The translations under genes and the position numbers were made by a program. The notes beneath the pieces are model-generated. The model worked only from the letters and a program-made list of their open reading frames with translations. It did not search any database and was not told the origin of the DNA. A DNA stretch of 63,984 nt, counting the filler, from an uncultured Myxococcia bacterium (GTDB taxonomy: Bacteria; CAZTWC01): the NCBI GenBank assembly GCA_964617105.1. It is 3 parts of 3 records of this genome, joined end to end, with 100 filler letters (N's around TTAATTAATTAA, not from the genome) between each part and the next. Parts side by side here need not be neighbours in the genome. Positions count along the whole stretch, not along the records: positions 47,458 to 63,984 come from CAZTWC010000059.1; 2 more parts are not named here. One strand, 5' to 3'. Shown in pieces: positions 61,375-63,984 of the stretch. The stretch's first letter is position 1, and each line of letters begins with the position of its first letter.

Positions 61375-62886
61375 ATGGAACACAATCAAGAAATTTACAC
61401 CACCCAAATTGCTCTGGTCAGGTTTTTCAGGGAGATGTTGCAAAACATAAGTGACCAAATGGATGCAAACACCATATCTCTTTTGCGTAGTTTTTATCCC
61501 TTGATGAAAGCCCATATCGCCCGCAGTGGTATCATTGGCTCCAGGTTAGAGGCGGTATTTCAACTGTTGAATGAACATTGCAGCGCAAAATCAAAGCAGA
61601 AGAATAAAAAAAGTCCTGTATTTAAAGGTAGCGATGATGAATTGTTGAATTTTATTAATAATAAAGTAACTGCTCTTCGCAAGCAGGATATTCAGATTTA
61701 CCAGATTACCAAGCCTATTGTGGGAACCATTGAGATAGAAAACCAGGTAACAAAGGAGTTGAAAAATAATATTGACGCTCTGATTGCCTGGGAACAGGAA
61801 TTGAACTCTAGCAAGAGTGTAACTGCCCAGGAACCGGAAGAGGTACTTACTTCAGATTATTTGCTTGCCCAGTTGAAATCACACTTTGAAAAAATTTTCC
61901 TCCTTCCCGGGCAAAAAGAAATTTTGTCCCGTCATTTTAAGAATCAGCAAGTCATAGCTCAGAAGGTGGTACAAGCCGGCATCGACGATAGCAAAGTAAT
62001 CAATATTTCTTACTACAATCTGGAGGATGTGGTAGAAGACTTGGAAGAGAGTCTGGAGGAGTTGGAGCGCTATCTGGTTCATTTTGAGGCGGCCATATTA
62101 CTGAAACAACACGAGACTTTTGAGGTTAACCTGTCCCGGCGGATGGAGTTCGGCGAAAAGATGGCCCAGTCCCTGGAACAGTTGGAGGAGATAGTCTGGT
62201 CTGGTAATTTTTATCTTATCCAGATGGCGGCTTTCCTGATGAAAGAGGTCGGGATCAAGATGTCTCGCTCCGATGATGAAGATATGGTAAAGAATGCCCT
62301 GGATATGATGTTCAGAGGGGTGGAAGGAATACGCCAGCGGATAAAAAAAGATCTTTACGGTGATGATTTTAACTCCAGCGTCTTTATTTTCGGCGGTTTG
62401 GATACAGCCATGCTAATGGAAATGGGACGGTTTATTCATGATTTGGGTGGATTTCATACCAATATCTCCCCCCTGACTCTGGAACTTATGCTCTCTCAAG
62501 ATGTGTTATTCTTAACCGATGAGGGGCCTTTATCCAAGCAAATTTTTGATGTCTTGAGTATGGAGGGATTGTTTGCAGAAATAGTAGAAAACGGCCGGGA
62601 ATTAAAAGAGAAAGTTGGTGCCAATAAACCCTTTGCTGTTATCGCCACTGATAAACGGTTATTGGAAGAGTGGGATAGTTATAGTCCTTTTTTGAATGAA
62701 TTTTACGGCAAGTTTATTTTATTGGAAACCGGAGTCCAAAGAATATTTCCCCTGGAACGGTTAGGTCCCTATTTAGATAGTGTTTTTCATGCTGGCATAA
62801 ATCCGGTTGAATTGATAGAAGAGTTAAACCGGGTGAAATCTAACCTCAACCGCGCATTACTAAAATTAAACAACAATACCGATTAA
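61375..62886 (+). CDS. Hypothetical protein; N-terminal part paralogous to 60509-61195, degenerate receiver-like C-terminus
   Basis: 503-aa ORF; shared blocks KQD..I....P and IF....K.IL..H. Confidence 0.7.
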   Translation: MEHNQEIYTTQIALVRFFREMLQNISDQMDANTISLLRSFYPLMKAHIARSGIIGSRLEAVFQLLNEHCSAKSKQKNKKSPVFKGSDDELLNFINNKVTALRKQDIQIYQITKPIVGTIEIENQVTKELKNNIDALIAWEQELNSSKSVTAQEPEEVLTSDYLLAQLKSHFEKIFLLPGQKEILSRHFKNQQVIAQKVVQAGIDDSKVINISYYNLEDVVEDLEESLEELERYLVHFEAAILLKQHETFEVNLSRRMEFGEKMAQSLEQLEEIVWSGNFYLIQMAAFLMKEVGIKMSRSDDEDMVKNALDMMFRGVEGIRQRIKKDLYGDDFNSSVFIFGGLDTAMLMEMGRFIHDLGGFHTNISPLTLELMLSQDVLFLTDEGPLSKQIFDVLSMEGLFAEIVENGRELKEKVGANKPFAVIATDKRLLEEWDSYSPFLNEFYGKFILLETGVQRIFPLERLGPYLDSVFHAGINPVELIEELNRVKSNLNRALLKLNNNTD

Positions 62887-62923
62887 ACCCTGGAATCCTT
62901 TTGCCTTTAAGGGAGGAAAAAAG

Positions 62924-63799
62924 TTGACAGATCAGGAATTATTACAGGAGTTGGCCGATCGTCTACATAAGAAAGAAGTGGCTCTTAAGGAGATTGATCA
63001 AACAATAGAGGAATTGAACCTGGCTCATAAACGACTTAACGAGATTGATCAGTTGAAGAGCCGTTTTCTTTCCATTGTCCAGAATGAGTTCAGAAATCCT
63101 TTGGGCACTATAATCGGAATGATTCATCTTTTAGCCCAAAAAAGCCTGAAGGAGAATTTGGGACTGGAGGAGATCGCCGCGACCATCCTGAGAGAATCTT
63201 ACTATCTGACCATGCAGGTGGACAATATTTTAGAGGCGGCTCAACTGGAAGCAGGAGCGGATATTTTTGACTGCCAGGTGGTCAATTTGGCTTCGGTCAT
63301 TGAAGAAACAGTGGATATCAATTCTCACGAATTGAGGCGCCAGGAGATGCAACTGCAGGTAGATATTGATGAAGAGAGTATGATCTTGGCCGATGAAGAA
63401 AAGATGCAGGTGGTGATCAATAACCTGGTAAATAATGCTATCAAGTTTAATCAACCCGGAGGCAGGATTGAGATCGTTTCCTGGAGGGAGGATGCCGAGG
63501 TTGTCGTTTCGGTAAAAGATCAGGGCGAAGGTATAAGTCCAGAAGAGGAGAGGGTGATATTCGAAAGATTCAGGCAGGTAGACATGAGTCCTTGCCGTAA
63601 GTTTCAAGGATCGGGACTGGGATTGTCAGTTGCTCAACCTCTGGTGGATATGATGGGAGGAAAACTGTGGCTGGAATCAAAAGTTGGCCAGGGCACAACT
63701 TTTTATGTATCAATGCCCTTTGCCGGAGAGGGTACCTCCGAGGAAACCGATGGCCTATTGTTTGATACTGAAAATGATGGCGATTTTACTGCTTTTTAG
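62924..63799 (+). CDS. Sensor-less histidine kinase-like protein lacking the phosphoacceptor His
   Basis: FLSIVQNEFRNPL, NNAIKF, DQGEG, GSGLGL. Confidence 0.85.
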   Translation: MTDQELLQELADRLHKKEVALKEIDQTIEELNLAHKRLNEIDQLKSRFLSIVQNEFRNPLGTIIGMIHLLAQKSLKENLGLEEIAATILRESYYLTMQVDNILEAAQLEAGADIFDCQVVNLASVIEETVDINSHELRRQEMQLQVDIDEESMILADEEKMQVVINNLVNNAIKFNQPGGRIEIVSWREDAEVVVSVKDQGEGISPEEERVIFERFRQVDMSPCRKFQGSGLGLSVAQPLVDMMGGKLWLESKVGQGTTFYVSMPFAGEGTSEETDGLLFDTENDGDFTAF

Positions 63800-63823
63800 T
63801 GCTTCTCCGGATTAATTATTAAC

Positions 63824-63931
63824 ATGACCAATAAAATCAAGATAGATCGTTTTTTGCTAGCCGGGCAAGTGATAGGTTCCAGGCATCCCATTGCCATAAA
63901 AACCGTACTGGGTTCTTGTGTTTCTCTGTAA
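63824..63931 (+). pseudogene. cheD: cheD 5' fragment ending in a premature TAA
   Basis: MTNKIKIDRFLLAGQVIGSRHPIAIKTVLGSCVSL*; contains the CheD TxLGSCV motif. Confidence 0.7.
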
Positions 63932-63984
63932 GGGTGTTGAAAAGCACCAAATCCATTTCGACTAAATTTATCCAAAATGGCATT
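63929..63984. mobile_element. Possible IS terminus interrupting cheD
   Basis: taagggtgttgaaaagc.. begins exactly where CheD similarity stops; only 56 nt visible. Confidence 0.45.

Overview
About 64 kb of moderately AT-rich bacterial DNA with Deltaproteobacteria/Myxococcota-like gene content, probably a draft or metagenome assembly. It consists of three contigs joined by artificial N-TTAATTAATTAA-N linkers (23654-23753, 47358-47457), so adjacency across the linkers is meaningless. Contig 1 carries pfkA (partial), two acyl-CoA dehydrogenases, pyrB/pyrR/lepB/epimerase, two tandem lipase-like lipoproteins, adenosine deaminase, a giant Cys-repeat lipoprotein, an MglA-like GTPase/kinase/thiL/response regulator/larB/HDOD cluster and a divergent GltJ/AgmX-like protein. 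Contig 2 carries ricT, holB, a GspE/PilB ATPase, an anti-sigma/STAS pair, an RluA-family gene, rlmI, lon, an LpoA-like gene, pgsA, ComFB, a TPR lipoprotein with 79-aa helical repeats, HIT, dtd, maeB, xerC and an ABC exporter. Contig 3 carries a sigma-54-driven tandem of two [TIGR02530-like protein + flgE] modules, pruA, a phosphorelay and chemotaxis-like genes ending in a disrupted cheD. The top finding is a covarying RNA stem motif (stem-GGA-CC...GG-A-stem) present three times, each in front of a ribosome-binding site within the TIGR02530/flgE region, which suggests a protein-RNA regulatory system for hook genes. The window also contains two MITE-like elements, a REP-like mini-hairpin family and a poly-A frameshifted regulator. 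All product calls come from motif recognition; no database searches were run.
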